Source: an uncultured Chloroflexia bacterium
GTDB taxonomy: Bacteria; Chloroflexota; Chloroflexia; Thermomicrobiales; UBA6265
Assembly (NCBI GenBank): GCA_963724295.1
Contig: CAVRUC010000007.1
Location: forward strand, 704,001 to 768,000
Length of the DNA: 64,000 nt
Direction: 5' to 3'
In this document: in pieces, positions 32,412 to 42,189 of the stretch
Numbering within the stretch: the stretch's first letter is position 1
Layout of the letters: the number at the start of each line of letters is the position of its first letter
Made by a program: the position numbers and the translations under genes
The notes under the pieces: model-generated
The model's input: only the letters and a program-made list of their open reading frames with translations
Told to the model about the DNA's origin: nothing
Database searches by the model: none

Positions 32412-33785
32412 ATGACCATGCAGACCGCAACGACAACCACGCCGATGCCCCGCCTCATCCGCGATGTGGACGAAGCGAGACTCGAGCTGACCAGGCGACG
32501 CGGCTTCGAGGAGCCCGATCTCTCCCCACGCATGCGGGAGGGCATTCGCCGCGTGTTCGGGACTGATCTGAGCGCGGATGAGGTGGTCGACCGCATCCTC
32601 AACGACGTGCGCAACGAGGGGGATGCGGCGATCTTGCGCTACTCCGCCGCGTTCGACGGCGAGGCGTCAGATCAAATGGAGATCCCGCGTAGCGCATGGA
32701 AGACGGCGCTCTCCGGACTCGATCCGGCGCTGCAAGATGCACTTCACCTGGCCGCCGACCAGATCGCCACGTTTCACCGTAAGCAGCTGCGCACGTCATG
32801 GCTCGACTACAGCGACGAGGGTGCGCTAGGGCAGGTGGTCCGTCCGCTCGACCGCGTCGGCGTCTACACCCCGGGTGGGACGGCGGTCTATCCATCGTCG
32901 CTGCTGATGACCGCCGTGCCGGCGCGGGTCGCCGGTGTGCAGGAGATCATCGTCTGTACGCCGCGCGGCCCGAACGGCGAGATCTCGCCCCTGGTGCTGG
33001 CCGCCGCCGAAGTGGCAGGCGTCGATCGCGTCTTCTGCATTGGCGGGGTGCAGGCCATCGCCGCGATGGCCTTTGGCACGGAGACCGTACCTCACGTCGA
33101 CAAGATCTACGGACCGGGCAACATCTTCGTCGTGCTCGCCAAGCGTCGCGTCTTCGGCATCGTCGACATCGACCAGCTTCCAGGTCCGACCGAGACGCTG
33201 TTGGTCGCCGATGAATCGGCCGACCCGGAGCTGGTCGCCGCCGATCTCCTCGCTCAGGCCGAGCACGACCCGATGGCCAGCGCCATCCTGATCACCAACA
33301 GCCCGATGCTCGCCCATGCGGTGCTCGAAGAGCTGCCTGTGCAACTCGCCTCGCTCGAGCGCGCGGACATCGCGGGGCAATCCCTGGCCGAGAACGGACT
33401 GGTCGTGCTGGTGCCGGACGTCGCCACAGCCATCGACCTCGCGAACTGCTACGCGCCGGAACATCTCTGCCTGCTCCTGCACGATCCCTGGTCGTGCGTA
33501 CCGATGGTGCGACACGCGGGCGGAATTTTCGTCGGCGAGGACAGCCCGGAAGCGCTCGGCGACTACACCGCGGGGCCGAGCCACGTCATGCCGACGGGAG
33601 GTACGGCTCGCTTCTCGTCGCCGATCAATGTCGCCGAGTTCACGAAGGTGATCAGCGTCATCGCCGCCAACAACAGCGCGATTCGCCGCCTGGGACCAGC
33701 GACCTCGATGCTCGCCCGCGCCGAAGGCCTCACCGCTCATGCTCGCGCCATCGAGCGTCGCCTGGAGCGACTGGACCAGGAGTGA
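32412..33785 (+). CDS. hisD: Histidinol dehydrogenase
   Basis: VGVYTPGGTAVYPSS, GPGNIFV, GPTE, DLLAQAEHD, APEHL, GDYTAGPSHVMPT. Confidence 0.96.
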   Translation: MTMQTATTTTPMPRLIRDVDEARLELTRRRGFEEPDLSPRMREGIRRVFGTDLSADEVVDRILNDVRNEGDAAILRYSAAFDGEASDQMEIPRSAWKTALSGLDPALQDALHLAADQIATFHRKQLRTSWLDYSDEGALGQVVRPLDRVGVYTPGGTAVYPSSLLMTAVPARVAGVQEIIVCTPRGPNGEISPLVLAAAEVAGVDRVFCIGGVQAIAAMAFGTETVPHVDKIYGPGNIFVVLAKRRVFGIVDIDQLPGPTETLLVADESADPELVAADLLAQAEHDPMASAILITNSPMLAHAVLEELPVQLASLERADIAGQSLAENGLVVLVPDVATAIDLANCYAPEHLCLLLHDPWSCVPMVRHAGGIFVGEDSPEALGDYTAGPSHVMPTGGTARFSSPINVAEFTKVISVIAANNSAIRRLGPATSMLARAEGLTAHARAIERRLERLDQE

Positions 33786-33839
33786 GCACGTGCCAAGAGC
33801 ATGTCGGCAAGGCTGCCACGGATAGAGAGGCAAGCACGG

Positions 33840-34105
33840 GAACGGCACAAGCCGACAAAGAGGTCGGCGTGACTCCCCGCCGGTTGTAGTGGCTCGTTTC
33901 CTGGCGTCAAGCGGCCTGGGCTCGGCTGAAAACCCACCTATCCGCTACGGCAGGGTGTTCAGGCCGCAGGCGAGACTATTCGAATTACCTGTGCAGTTGG
34001 GGAGGTCAGGACTGGGCGTGCCACCCACCTCACAGCTGGGCGCTATGTTTCCGGTGATTTCAACGCGGCTGAATCCCGGGCCATTTGGTACTCGCTCAAC
34101 CGTTC
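33840..34105 (+). ncRNA. Candidate structured ncRNA, possibly a shortened OLE-like RNA
   Basis: Nested stems with G-U pairs only on the + strand (33873-78/33999-34004, 33888-99/33968-80, 33911-21/33957-67, hairpin 33851-68); motifs resemble the OLE 5' domain as I recall it; boundaries approximate. Confidence 0.5.
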
Positions 34106-34111
34106 AGTCAC

Positions 34112-34140
34112 CCAGACAAGCGAGGTCCCAAAGTGTCACA
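34112..34140 (-). promoter_or_regulatory. Putative ECF sigma promoter copy 1 (TGTGACA-N16-GTCTGG)
   Basis: One of four identically spaced copies. Confidence 0.65.
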
Positions 34141-34208
34141 CCAGATATCTACCAGGGTTTCGCGTGAGGCGTCCGCGAGGGTGCCGATCAGCACACGTCG
34201 GGCAGTGC

Positions 34209-35891
34209 TCAAGCTGGACGCGCGACATCGATGGTCAGCAGGTTCGTCGAGGCCGGCCAGTTGCCGTCGGGCGTGATGCGGCTGTAGCCGGTCACGTACG
34301 GCTTGACCAGCACCGAGTTGGATGCGGTGTGGACGAAGATGGCCGGCGCATCGGCGACGAGCATCTGCCCCGCTTCCTCGTAGAGCGCGATCCGCGCCTC
34401 CAGGTCGAGTTCGGCATCCGCGCGGTCGAGCAGCGCCTCGAGCTCCGGATTACAGTAGCCCTGGTTGAGCTCCGATCCACAGCGCCAGACCGCGAACCAG
34501 GTGCTGGGATCGGCGCTTGCCCACCAGGTTGATTCATGGAATTGCGGCCAGGTGGCCCAGTCGTCGTGATCGTCGTAGAGCCCGTCGTACTCCTCCTCCG
34601 GCAACGACACCAGGGTCAGCTCGACGCCGAGCACCTGGAGGTATTGCTCGGAGATCCACTGGCCGAAGCGCTCCTCGATGGGGCTCCCCTCGAACACATA
34701 CCAGACGATCTCCGGCAGGTTCTCCGGGCTCCCGTAGGAGGAGGCCGCCAGGGCCTCCCGCGCCTTGGCCGGATCGAAGGCGAAGGCTTCGGTCTCGATC
34801 GCGCCGGGCGCGCCCGGGGCAATCCAGCTCAACGTCGGTGTGCACGCGCCGAGGGTAATCTGCCGGCAATACCCCTCACGGTCAAAGCCGTAGGCGAACG
34901 CCTCACGCACCTTCGGGTCCTGGAAAGGTTCGCGTTTGAGATTGAATGCCCAGTAGATCGTCCCGGGGATGGGGAGGCTGATGAGCTCCCGACTGAGAAC
35001 GGGATCGGCCTCGATCATCGGCAACATCGGTTCCGGCATCCAGGTGATATCGAACTCACCCTGCTCGTAGCCGGTCATGTTGGCGGGATCCCCGTAGTCG
35101 ACGAAACGAAAGTCGATCCCATCCAGCTTGGTGTGGCCACCCCAGTACCGGTCGTTGCGCGCGAAGGTCAGCTGCTGGTTGGGCTTCTCGGCTTCATAGG
35201 CGACAAGGCGGAAGGGGCCGTTGCCGATCCGGGTGGCCGGGTTGGACCACCACTCCGGTCCGCCCGCTTCGATCAGGTCCTGGCGCAAGGGATATGCGAC
35301 CCAGGACGAGGCGAGCGACGGGAAGTACGGCGCCGGTCGCTCAAACTGGATCTCGAGGGTCCGGTCGTCGAGGGCATGCACGCCAAGCGCGACCGGCCTC
35401 GTCGCCGGCGCGGGGCTCGCGTCGCCCTGGGCGGTGCTCGCCGCGTCGCCGCCGGTGAAGAGCTCCTCGCACCCAACGATGTCGAAGAGTTGGATCGCGA
35501 TCCGAGAATCAAGCTCCGGACTGCACATCCGATCGATGCCGAAGCGGAAGTGCTCGGCGGTAATCGGCACGCCGTCGCTGAAAACAAGCCCCTCGCGCAG
35601 GTGGAAGGTCAGCGTCTTCCCATCGGGGCTGAACTCCCACGACTCTGCAGCCCCGGGGACGACCTGCAGCTCCTCGTCGATGCGGGTGAGTCCCTCAAAA
35701 TCGAACAGGTAAAACCCCTGGCCGTTGTCGCTGAGCTGGGGATCGAAGGGCTCCGGGAAGAAATCCCCCGCGTTGATGCGGAGGACTTTGGGCGTGCCAC
35801 TATCCTGGGCCGCGGCCAGGCTGAGGCCAGGTAGCAGCGAGGTGAGCACGAGGAGAACGACAATGGGAGCAACAGTGATCCCACGACGCAT
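34209..35891 (-). CDS. Peptide ABC transporter substrate-binding protein (OppA family 5), paralog 1
   Basis: Signal peptide ..AAAQD; FEGLTRID, PGAAESWE, GNGPFRL, VREAFAYGFDR. Confidence 0.9.
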   Translation of the reverse strand: MRRGITVAPIVVLLVLTSLLPGLSLAAAQDSGTPKVLRINAGDFFPEPFDPQLSDNGQGFYLFDFEGLTRIDEELQVVPGAAESWEFSPDGKTLTFHLREGLVFSDGVPITAEHFRFGIDRMCSPELDSRIAIQLFDIVGCEELFTGGDAASTAQGDASPAPATRPVALGVHALDDRTLEIQFERPAPYFPSLASSWVAYPLRQDLIEAGGPEWWSNPATRIGNGPFRLVAYEAEKPNQQLTFARNDRYWGGHTKLDGIDFRFVDYGDPANMTGYEQGEFDITWMPEPMLPMIEADPVLSRELISLPIPGTIYWAFNLKREPFQDPKVREAFAYGFDREGYCRQITLGACTPTLSWIAPGAPGAIETEAFAFDPAKAREALAASSYGSPENLPEIVWYVFEGSPIEERFGQWISEQYLQVLGVELTLVSLPEEEYDGLYDDHDDWATWPQFHESTWWASADPSTWFAVWRCGSELNQGYCNPELEALLDRADAELDLEARIALYEEAGQMLVADAPAIFVHTASNSVLVKPYVTGYSRITPDGNWPASTNLLTIDVARPA

Positions 35892-35961
35892 GGTTAGCCC
35901 CTTCCCGGGTGATGACGCACTATTCCGACTGCAAGATCGTGTGGGGCGCAACATAACAGAA

Positions 35962-36026
35962 CGGCGCCTCCAGGGCAATCCCTTGGAGGCGCCGCGATGC
36001 CTCCCTCCATCTGCGGGAGGCATCGC
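35962..36026. terminator. Two adjacent GC-rich hairpins downstream of SBP paralog 2
   Basis: GGCGCCTCCAGGG-caat-CCCTTGGAGGCGCC and GCGATGCCTCCC..GGGAGGCATCGC. Confidence 0.55.
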
Positions 36027-36070
36027 ATAGTTGACGGTGTCGCGCATTCAACACGCGAGGCGGCGCGGCT

Positions 36071-37753
36071 TCACCCGATCTTATCGATCGTCATAAGCGA
36101 GGAGAGCGAGCCTGGCCACTCGGCCTCGCTGGCTGTCGGCGTGATGCCGGTCACATTTGGCTTGACCAGAGCTCGCCCGGCGGGATTGAAGAGGAACACT
36201 CCTGGCACGTCCTCGATGAGGATCTGCTGGGCCTGATGGTAGTAGCTGAGCCGCTCCTCGGGATCAATCGTGGTGTCGCCAAGCTGGGTGAGCCGATCGA
36301 ACTCCTCATTGCAATAGCCGGCCGCCTGGGCAAAGGTTGCATCACAGGTCCAGAAGACGCTGAGCCAGTTCTGTGGGTCCGGGTAATCCTGGAACCAGCC
36401 GCCGTACATCAACAGTTGGGGATAGGTCGTGGCATCTTTGGTCAAGGAGAAGACTGTTGTGCCGTCAAGCGGCTTGAGTTCGAGGTCGATGCCCAGGATG
36501 TCGCGAAACTGCCCGGCTACCCATTCCGCCCGCTCGACCTCGGTTGGATCGTCGTTGATGTACGTGAGCTCGATCTTGGGGAGGTTCTCCGGACCGCCAT
36601 AGGAGGAGTCGGCGAGTGCTTGCCTGGCTGCCGCGGGATCGAACGCAAACTGGTCAGTCTCGAGGGATCCTGGGACGCCAGGCGGGATCCACGAGAGCGT
36701 CGGCACACAGGTGCCGGACTGGATCTCGGTGCAGAAGGTTTCGCGGTCGAAGCCGTAGGCAAAGGCCTCGCGCACCTTCTCGTCCGTAAACGGCTCCTTG
36801 GTGAGTGACATCGCCAGATAGATGGTGCCCGCGACCGGATACTCGAGGAGTTCAGCCGAGAGCTTGGGGTCGTTCAAGATCTCGGGGAAAAGCGTTGCCC
36901 CGACCCCGACGATGTCGAGCTCATCGGCCCGATAGGCTTCCAGAGCAACGGCCGGGTCCGCGACGTAGACGTACTCGATGCCGTCGAGCTTGGGTCGTCC
37001 CTGCCAGTAGTTGTCGTTGGCGACGAAGGACCACTCTTGCTCCTCATCGATGCTCACGACTGTAAACGGTCCGTTGCCGATGTGGTTCTCCGCTGTGCGC
37101 CACCAGCTGTCCGGGTTGGCGGCGACGATTTCGGCCTTGACCGGATAGAAGACCCAGGTATAGGCAATCGTATGGAAATAGGGGGCGGGGTTGGTCAGAT
37201 CAAGCTGGAGGGTCCGATCGTCCAGCGTGCGCACCCCGAGCGCGGAGCGAGCAGCTTCGTGCTCGTCTTCTGTGTACTCGCGGGCGTTGCCCTGCGCATC
37301 AGTAGCAAGCCCCGCGAACTCCGCACAGCCGACGATCTCAAAGAGGATGGCCTGGTACTCGCCAGCAGTCACCGGGTCGCAGGTGCGCTCCACCGCATAA
37401 CGGAAGTTCTCGGCCGTTAGCGGAGAACGGTCGCTGTACGTGAGCCCTTCGCGCAAGTGGAACGTGATCTGGGTGGCGTCCTCGTTGTACTCCCAGGATT
37501 CGGCCGCCGCGGGCACGGTCTCCTGGTTGGTGTCGAGCCGCGTCAGGCCCTCATAGACCAGCGCCATGATGTCGATCTCGTTGGTGAATGAGCTCTTCTG
37601 GGGGTCGACAACATCCGGGTAGAAGGCATGCTGGACGCGCAGGACTTTATCGCCCTCCTGGGCCGCGGTGCCGGTGGTTAGCCGTGGGATAACAAGAGCG
37701 AGCAAGGCGACGAACAGAGCCAGATGGAACCAGCGAACAGACGTGCGTCTCAT
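36071..37753 (-). CDS. Peptide ABC transporter substrate-binding protein, paralog 2
   Basis: DPQKSS, VYEGLTRLD, PAAAESWE, GNGPF, WFQDYPDPQNWL; RBS GAGGAGG. Confidence 0.92.
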   Translation of the reverse strand: MRRTSVRWFHLALFVALLALVIPRLTTGTAAQEGDKVLRVQHAFYPDVVDPQKSSFTNEIDIMALVYEGLTRLDTNQETVPAAAESWEYNEDATQITFHLREGLTYSDRSPLTAENFRYAVERTCDPVTAGEYQAILFEIVGCAEFAGLATDAQGNAREYTEDEHEAARSALGVRTLDDRTLQLDLTNPAPYFHTIAYTWVFYPVKAEIVAANPDSWWRTAENHIGNGPFTVVSIDEEQEWSFVANDNYWQGRPKLDGIEYVYVADPAVALEAYRADELDIVGVGATLFPEILNDPKLSAELLEYPVAGTIYLAMSLTKEPFTDEKVREAFAYGFDRETFCTEIQSGTCVPTLSWIPPGVPGSLETDQFAFDPAAARQALADSSYGGPENLPKIELTYINDDPTEVERAEWVAGQFRDILGIDLELKPLDGTTVFSLTKDATTYPQLLMYGGWFQDYPDPQNWLSVFWTCDATFAQAAGYCNEEFDRLTQLGDTTIDPEERLSYYHQAQQILIEDVPGVFLFNPAGRALVKPNVTGITPTASEAEWPGSLSSLMTIDKIG

Positions 37754-37787
37754 GCGACTCCTCCTCTGATGTATACCCGTTACTCCA

Positions 37788-37816
37788 CCAGACGAGGGAG
37801 GATGAAAAGTGTCACA
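37788..37816 (-). promoter_or_regulatory. Putative ECF sigma promoter copy 2
   Basis: TGTGACACTTTTC..CTCGTCTGG, 35 nt upstream of the SBP2 ATG. Confidence 0.75.
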
Positions 37817-38039
37817 GCGACGTTGACGCCGGGATCACGGGTTCGCTGAGAACGATGGCCCCGGATGACGAAGATGATTGCTTTGGGACGTCAGAGTGCT
37901 ATGAATTGACGAACGAACCCATGGAGGCGGTATGCACCCGCGAGATCCGCGTTCATCGATGCCGCCGCATGCGGACTGCCTATGGGCAGGGTGCACTCGC
38001 TGCGAATCTTTCATGTGCGAGCGAGTCAGTCAACCGTCG

Positions 38040-39701
38040 TCATGCGGGCCGCTCGACGTCGACGGTCATGAGGTTCATCCAGCCCGGCCAGTTCCCGTTC
38101 ACGTAGGGCGTCGTGCGCGAGTAGCCGACCACGGACGGCTTGACCAGCACCGTGGAGTAGTCCGTGTGGACGAAGATCGCCGGTGCATCGGCCACGAGCA
38201 TCCGCCCGGCCTCCTCGTAGAGCGCGACGCGCGTATCCGGATCGAGCTCCGCATCGGCGCGATCGAGCAGCGCGTCGAGCGCCGGATTGCAGTAGCCCTC
38301 GCCGCTATCGTACGTCGAATCGCAGCGCCAGAAGACGAACCAACTCCGTGGATCGGAACCGGCCCACCAGACCGACCAGTGCAACTGCGGCACGGTCGCC
38401 GGCTCGCCATAGAGAGCGTCCAAAGTCTCCCAGTCGATCGGGACGAGCTTCAGCTCCACGCCCAGCACCTGGCGGAACTGCTCGTAGTACCACTGCGCGT
38501 TGCGCAGGTCTGCCTCACTGCCCTCCTCGTAGTACCAGGTGATCTCCGGCAGGTGCTCCGGTCCACCGTATGACGATTTCGCCAGGGCCTGTCGCGCCTG
38601 ATCCGGGTCGAAGGCGTAAGCGTCGGTCTCGATGGAACCGGGCGCACCCGATGGGATCATGCTCAGCGTCGGCGTACACAGATCATATCGCTTCCCGCAA
38701 TAGTCCTCGCGGTCGAAGGCGTAGGCAAAGGCCTCCCGCACCTTCGGGTCCTGAAACGGCTCGCGCGTCTGATTGAAGTGGAAGAAGACCGTCCCCGCGA
38801 TGGGCAGCGGGACCAGATCCCGGCTCAGCGCCGGGTCGGCCTCGAGCGCGGGGATCAACTGTGACCGCGGCCAGATGACATCGAGCTCGCCGCGGCGATA
38901 ACCCTCGATTGCCGGATCGCCGTGGTCGATGAAAACGAACTCGATGCGGTCCAGCTTGGTGGGGCCGCCCCAGTAGGCATCGTTGCGGGCATAGACGACG
39001 CGGTGGTCCGGCCCGTCCGCGTTGTACTCCACCATTCGAAACGGGCCGTTGCCGATCCGCATGGCCGGGTTGGCCCACCAGTTGGGGCTGCCCGCTTCAA
39101 TCAGGTCCTGGCGCAACGGAATCGTGCGCCACACCGCCGCCTGCGCCGGGAAGTACGGCGCAGGCTTTGTAAATCGGTACTCCAGCGTTTGGTCGTCGAG
39201 GACGCGCACGCCGAAGGCGGCTTTGGCTGCGGCCGCCGCGGCGCCATCCCCGGCGTTGAAGAGCGCATCGCAGCCGATGAGCTCGGCGAGCTCACCCCGC
39301 GAGCGCGAGTTGAGCTCAGGACTGCAGACCCGTTCCGCGGCGTAGCGAAAGTGCTCGGCGGTGACCGGCACGCCATCACTAAAGACCAAACCGTCGCGCA
39401 GATGGAAGGTGACCGTCGTGCCGTCGGGGCTGAACTCCCAGGACTCGGCCGCGCCGGGGATGGGTTGCAGCTCTTCGTCGATGCGCGTGAGTCCTTCATA
39501 GTCGAGCCCGCCCGACATCGACCATTGCCCGAGGTCACTGTGCTGAGGATCGAGCGTTTCGGGCATCTCAGGACCCCAGTTCATTCGCAGAACGTGCGCT
39601 TGGCCCGGCGTCTGCGCTGCCGCGGTCGGGGCGGGGCTGGGGAAGAGCGAACCCAGTAAGAGGGCGACAAGTATGGGGACACTGAGTAGCTGGCGAGGCA
39701 T
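38040..39701 (-). CDS. Peptide ABC transporter substrate-binding protein, paralog 3
   Basis: ETLDPQ, YEGLTRID, GNGPFRM, VREAFAYAFDR; closely similar to paralog 1. Confidence 0.9.
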   Translation of the reverse strand: MPRQLLSVPILVALLLGSLFPSPAPTAAAQTPGQAHVLRMNWGPEMPETLDPQHSDLGQWSMSGGLDYEGLTRIDEELQPIPGAAESWEFSPDGTTVTFHLRDGLVFSDGVPVTAEHFRYAAERVCSPELNSRSRGELAELIGCDALFNAGDGAAAAAAKAAFGVRVLDDQTLEYRFTKPAPYFPAQAAVWRTIPLRQDLIEAGSPNWWANPAMRIGNGPFRMVEYNADGPDHRVVYARNDAYWGGPTKLDRIEFVFIDHGDPAIEGYRRGELDVIWPRSQLIPALEADPALSRDLVPLPIAGTVFFHFNQTREPFQDPKVREAFAYAFDREDYCGKRYDLCTPTLSMIPSGAPGSIETDAYAFDPDQARQALAKSSYGGPEHLPEITWYYEEGSEADLRNAQWYYEQFRQVLGVELKLVPIDWETLDALYGEPATVPQLHWSVWWAGSDPRSWFVFWRCDSTYDSGEGYCNPALDALLDRADAELDPDTRVALYEEAGRMLVADAPAIFVHTDYSTVLVKPSVVGYSRTTPYVNGNWPGWMNLMTVDVERPA

Positions 39702-39772
39702 GGCGAGCTCCTTCTCGCACGACGCCGCAGCATCGCGACGCCGGACGGCATCGTAGCGCATCATGCCGCGCA

Positions 39773-39800
39773 ACGCCTCCCGGATAGATCCGGGAGGCGT
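39773..39800. terminator. Hairpin between ScyD/E gene and SBP3
   Basis: ACGCCTCCCGGAT-ag-ATCCGGGAGGCGT perfect stem. Confidence 0.55.
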
Positions 39801-39946
39801 CGGATCGCGAACGGTGTCAAGCGCTCAGCAGGCGATGGCGCCGTACTTCACCCCGTCTTGTCGATAGTCTTCGGCCTCCTCCATTTCCGCATGTGATCCG
39901 GCTTGTGGCGCTCATCCAGCTTCGGCTGGGGGTCCCCCAACACGCC

Positions 39947-41119
39947 CTACGCGGACGGCACCGCCCAGCATGGTGGAGCAGCCATGGGCGTGGCTGCTGC
40001 CTCGTCAGTGGCTGAACCCTCGAGATCGAGCCGGGCAATCGTCCCTTGGCCGGCAGGAGCGCCCAGCGCCGGTAGGCTGAGGTAGAGTGCTCCATCGGAC
40101 CCGAAGTCCATGCCGATCGGGAAGTTCAACCCGTCGGCCACTACCTCCAGGGTATCCGGTCCGGTCTGACGCACGATGCGTCCGGAGTCGGGCAGGATGA
40201 ACGGGTCCTCGTCAATGCTGCCGGTCACCATCTCGAGGGCATAGAGCGCATCGTCCGGCCCAACCGCCAGCGCGACCACGGCAGTCAACCCCGTCCAGTG
40301 GTCGGTGACCGTGCCATCGGGGGCGACGTGGATCACCTTGGCCGTACCATCGAGGAAGGGGAAGGGGGCGAGGTTGCCGACGTAGACCCCGCCGTCCGGG
40401 GCAGGGGCGATCCCGGTCGGTACCGGGTGCTGGGTCGAAAGATCGACCACACGGGTGATCTCTCCGGCGGGGGTAATCCGCAGCACCTGTCCCTGATGGG
40501 TCTCCACCACCCAGAAGCCACTGCCGTCGGCCATCGGTGCCATCTGCCAGACCTCGCCATCCGGGTCGAAGTCCTGCTCGGTAATGTCGGCGACCAGGTT
40601 GGCTCGCATCCAGGCTGACAGATCAGCGACAACCGCGAACGTCCCGTCCGCGTTGATGCGGTAGAGGCCAGCTGGCTGCTCCGGGTTTCCATGGACCGCG
40701 CCGCCACCGTCGACCGTGGCGTAGAGCTGGCCGCCGAGGATAGCGACATCGGAGACGCCGACCACGCCTCCTGTCCCATCGATGTACGAGGGCAGGCCAG
40801 CGGCAACGGTGACCGGGCAGCCGTCTTGGATGCGGGCTACCGCAGCGGACGGTCCGCCATAGAAGCCGAGGAAAGCCTCGAGCGCCGGGGCATCCTCCGT
40901 TGGCAGGTTTGGCCCACCAGTTCCGGCGAGGGCGACATAGAGCGTACCGTCCTCGGCCCAGGTGAAGCCGCGGGGGTTGGTCAACCCGCCGGCGACGGTG
41001 TCGAGATCAGCCGGTCCGACGCCGGCGGCAGGAGAGGCATCCTGTGCGGCGAGTCGAGCGGGACTGAGCAACAGGATGACGAGAACCAGCGAGAAGGCGA
41101 TGGTCGGCAGACGGGACAT
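39947..41119 (-). CDS. ScyD/ScyE-family secreted beta-propeller protein
   Basis: Signal peptide; GLTNPRGF, LYVALAG.GG, VPTGIA.APDG..YVG, GLNFPIGM.FG.DGALY. Confidence 0.8.
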   Translation of the reverse strand: MSRLPTIAFSLVLVILLLSPARLAAQDASPAAGVGPADLDTVAGGLTNPRGFTWAEDGTLYVALAGTGGPNLPTEDAPALEAFLGFYGGPSAAVARIQDGCPVTVAAGLPSYIDGTGGVVGVSDVAILGGQLYATVDGGGAVHGNPEQPAGLYRINADGTFAVVADLSAWMRANLVADITEQDFDPDGEVWQMAPMADGSGFWVVETHQGQVLRITPAGEITRVVDLSTQHPVPTGIAPAPDGGVYVGNLAPFPFLDGTAKVIHVAPDGTVTDHWTGLTAVVALAVGPDDALYALEMVTGSIDEDPFILPDSGRIVRQTGPDTLEVVADGLNFPIGMDFGSDGALYLSLPALGAPAGQGTIARLDLEGSATDEAAATPMAAPPCWAVPSA

Positions 41120-41261
41120 GATAGAGCCTCCATGAATGCTGAATGGATGCCGCGCTCATGGCCGGGTCCGGGAGACGGATCCGGTCGGGGCGGCGCGCCG
41201 GCAGTGATACCGGCGCGCCCGTCAAAGCTCGGCACTGTCTCGTGCGGAGCTCGTGCCGGCC

Positions 41262-42137
41262 TCAGTGACCGTGCTTGCCCTTGTCGCGGTGCGTATCGCC
41301 CTTCGTTTCTTCAGTTGCTGGCGCATCCGGGGCCGCACTTCTTATTTGCGCCAGGAAGTCCGCCTCCCAGCGCTGCTGGTCCACCTTCGCCGCCCGCCCC
41401 TCCGCCTTGGTGGCCTTCTTCGAGCGGTTGGGCAGATGGACCACCTCGCAGACGTCGTCGTTGCCAGGATCGTCAATGATGATGTCTCTGCGGTTGGCCA
41501 TCACTTCGTCGTTGCCGGGCCCGCAGTGGATCGTGTCCTTGGCCCGCCGCGATTCATCGACTTGGGCAAAGATGAAATCGTCGCCCTCGCCGCCAATGAG
41601 AGTGTCGTTCCCCTGCTGGCCCGCGAACGCGTCGTCGCCGGGGCCGCCGTCCACCACGTCGTTGCCTGGTCCGCCCCACAGGTTGGGGTCGGCGCCGAAG
41701 GCGTCGTTGCCCTCCTCGCCGTAGAGCTCGTCGTCCCCGCCGCCGCCTTGCAGACCATCGAGACCGGAGCCACCGTGCATCACGTCATTGCTGACGATAT
41801 TGTCATCTTCCTGCATGAAGTCCCACGCGTCGTCGCCGAAGTAGGTGTCTTTGCCCGCCCCGCCGAACAGTTCGTCGGTGCCCGCTCCGCCATGCAGTTC
41901 GTCGTCGCCGTCCCCGCCCTCGATGATGTCGAAGCCTTTGCCGGCCTCGACGGTATCGTTGCCGCCCAGGGCGAAGATCCTGTCGCGCAGGTCGGAGCCG
42001 GTGATGGTGTCGTTCGCCTCGGTGCCCAGACACTCCCCGCCAATGCAGGTCACGTCCGCCGCCAGCGCGATGCCGCTGACCAGCCCGTAGACCAGTCCCA
42101 TCATCGCCAGTCCCCGAATCAGTGTCTGCCTGTTCAT
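41262..42137 (-). CDS. Secreted hemolysin-type (RTX-like) calcium-binding protein 1
   Basis: Signal peptide, GGxGxD nonapeptide repeats, DTIHCGPGND..DVCE. Confidence 0.85.
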   Translation of the reverse strand: MNRQTLIRGLAMMGLVYGLVSGIALAADVTCIGGECLGTEANDTITGSDLRDRIFALGGNDTVEAGKGFDIIEGGDGDDELHGGAGTDELFGGAGKDTYFGDDAWDFMQEDDNIVSNDVMHGGSGLDGLQGGGGDDELYGEEGNDAFGADPNLWGGPGNDVVDGGPGDDAFAGQQGNDTLIGGEGDDFIFAQVDESRRAKDTIHCGPGNDEVMANRRDIIIDDPGNDDVCEVVHLPNRSKKATKAEGRAAKVDQQRWEADFLAQIRSAAPDAPATEETKGDTHRDKGKHGH

Positions 42138-42189
42138 GGTTACCCGTCCTCCTGTGCGCGACGCTCGCTCGATTGCCGGCTGCGCTGCG

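Noticed and set aside
33830..34170. tmRNA, RNase P, SRP or IS200/605 omega RNA
   Set aside because: Diagnostic motifs absent (tRNA-like ends, GAGGAAAGUCC, CAGG..GGAAGCAG); no tnpB/iscB nearby
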